Shown piece by piece: positions 30,922-32,000 of a stretch of 32,000 nucleotides of DNA; position 1 is the first letter of the stretch, and the number at the start of each line of letters is the position of its first letter. Origin of the DNA: Archaeoglobus fulgidus DSM 4304 (GTDB lineage Archaea; Halobacteriota; Archaeoglobi; Archaeoglobales; Archaeoglobaceae); NCBI RefSeq assembly GCF_000008665.1, contig NC_000917.1:840001-872000 (forward strand). The letters are read 5' to 3'. The notes beneath the pieces were generated by a model, which worked only from the letters and a program-made list of their open reading frames with translations, was not told the DNA's origin and did not search any database. The position numbers and the translations under genes were made by a program.

Positions 30922-32000
30922 ATGCTGCCGCCTAAAGAGTTTTTGAGAAAAATAAAACCCTTCAATCTACTGAAAGAGGAAGAGCTTGAGAAAATAGTTG
31001 GCGAGCTGGAAGTGGAGGCTTACGAGGAGGGCGAGGAGATAATAAAGCGCGGGGAGAACAGCAATTACGTTTACTTCGTTTACTCTGGCGTTGTCGGAGT
31101 ATATGAAAATGGAGAGCTAATTGACCGGTTCTCAAGGGGAGAAATATTTGGCCTTACGCATAACCCGCAGAGGGTTGCTGTAGCTGAGGAGGACACGATT
31201 TGCTACCTCATCAAGAAAGACGTCTTCATGGACATCATGGAAAAAAACAAGCTTTTCTCAGACTTTTTCAAATCTTTTGAGGAGAAAAGGTTTAGCAGAA
31301 TTCCTGACCTCTTCAGGGAGGAAGAAATTACTGACAGGTTATTTCTGACAAGAGTTGGAGAGCTTATTTCAAAAAAACCGGTTGTCTGCAGTCCATACAC
31401 GTCAATCAGAGACGCTGCAATTAAGATGGAGCTTAACGGAGTCGGTTCGATTGTGGTGGTGGATGACAATCTCAAACCCCTCGGAATACTAACGAGCAAG
31501 GACTTTAGAACCTTCATTATCTACGGAAAAAGCCACCAGGAAAAAGTTTCCGCGTACATGACTTCTCCAGTAGTTGCTGTTGACTACTCAACACCGGTGT
31601 TCGAGGCCCATCTCGAGCTACTGAAGAGGGGCATAAATCACCTTGTTGTCACAGAGAACGGAAAGGTGAGGGGCGTAATAACGGCCAACGACATCTTAAC
31701 ACTCTTTGAGCCAACAACCTCCCTCATCGTGCTGTACAGAAAACTGAAAAAGGCCAAGAGCCTCGAAGAAATAAAAAACACGTTTAAGAATTTGACAAAA
31801 TCGATTTCTTCCCTTGTAATGCGAGGTATGCACTTCTACGACCTTTCCAACATACTGACGGAAATCTACGACTATCTGGTTGTAAAGGTGATTGAGATGG
31901 AAAAGGAGAGATTTGAGAGGGAGTGGGGAAAGCTGCCCTCTTTCGCATGGGTGCACATGGGAAGCTCAGCCAGGAAGGAGCAGGTAATTGCAACCGACCA
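30922..32000 (+). CDS. cNMP-binding + tandem CBS + DUF294 putative nucleotidyltransferase (5' 359 codons; continues past the window end)
   Basis: Not in the ORF track because there is no stop before the edge. I translated frame +1 from ATG 30922 with no stops: 'MLPPKEFLRKIKPFNLLKEEELEKIV...GEIFGL...' (cNMP-binding). Then two CBS units ('VVCSPYTSIRDAAIKMELNGVGSIVVVD', 'VVAVDYSTPVFEAHLELLKRGINHLVVTE'). Then 'FAWVHMGSSARKEQ' (the NTase G-S-x-x-R-x-E of DUF294). Confidence 0.85.
   Translation, partial: MLPPKEFLRKIKPFNLLKEEELEKIVGELEVEAYEEGEEIIKRGENSNYVYFVYSGVVGVYENGELIDRFSRGEIFGLTHNPQRVAVAEEDTICYLIKKDVFMDIMEKNKLFSDFFKSFEEKRFSRIPDLFREEEITDRLFLTRVGELISKKPVVCSPYTSIRDAAIKMELNGVGSIVVVDDNLKPLGILTSKDFRTFIIYGKSHQEKVSAYMTSPVVAVDYSTPVFEAHLELLKRGINHLVVTENGKVRGVITANDILTLFEPTTSLIVLYRKLKKAKSLEEIKNTFKNLTKSISSLVMRGMHFYDLSNILTEIYDYLVVKVIEMEKERFEREWGKLPSFAWVHMGSSARKEQVIATD

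Noticed and set aside
1-32000. CRISPR arrays, tRNA/rRNA genes, C/D-box sRNAs, IS elements, integrases and prophage genes
   Set aside because: No regularly spaced direct repeats, no cloverleaf-capable GC-rich 70-90-nt segments in the intergenic gaps, no RUGAUGA...CUGA pairs in non-coding regions, and no transposase- or integrase-like ORFs on either strand.

Overview
Densely packed archaeal chromosome segment. Evidence for that: TTTAWATA-type TATA boxes about 25-30 nt upstream of start codons, oligo-T terminators, GAG/AAG-rich thermophile codon usage, and many 1-4 nt start/stop overlaps. Gene content and order resemble an Archaeoglobus-type euryarchaeon; this is from memory and cannot be verified here. 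I found no rRNA, tRNA, CRISPR array, transposase or integrase.

Layout, left to right:
(1) Housekeeping block: topoisomerase VI subunit A, then a divergent hypothetical-surE-rpiA operon.
(2) A visibly more A/T-rich cell-surface locus on the minus strand. It holds a 1036-aa multi-Ig-like secreted protein with a Thr-rich linker and PGF-CTERM anchor, plus two paralogous proteins with signal peptide, beta domain, coiled coil and C-terminal TM. A HEPN/MNT toxin-antitoxin pair follows.
(3) Nitrogen-assimilation node: glnA lies divergent from a five-gene split glutamate synthase operon (poly-ferredoxin, Cys-less Nox-family flavoprotein, GATase, FeS-FMN and GXGXG subunits).
(4) A TPR protein with an unlisted 59-codon upstream ORF, and a LeuA/CimA-family synthase.
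(5) An 11-gene, about 9.4 kb minus-strand polycistron. It encodes two thiolase-fold paralogues that have lost all canonical thiolase catalytic residues, two DUF35 proteins, an acyl-CoA dehydrogenase, an enoyl-CoA hydratase and a Liv-type ABC importer.
(6) A DUF4212 + sodium:solute symporter pair, divergent from a cNMP-binding/CBS/DUF294 nucleotidyltransferase gene. That gene runs off the right edge and is missing from the ORF track.

Best candidate for an undescribed system: the Cys-less thiolase-fold pair, DUF35 pair, ACAD and hydratase, with no 3-hydroxyacyl-CoA dehydrogenase in the operon and an ABC importer attached. I predict it is a retro-aldol-type CoA-ester cleavage pathway. Secondary candidates are the SlaA/SlaB-like surface locus and the unusual electron-input module of the split GOGAT.
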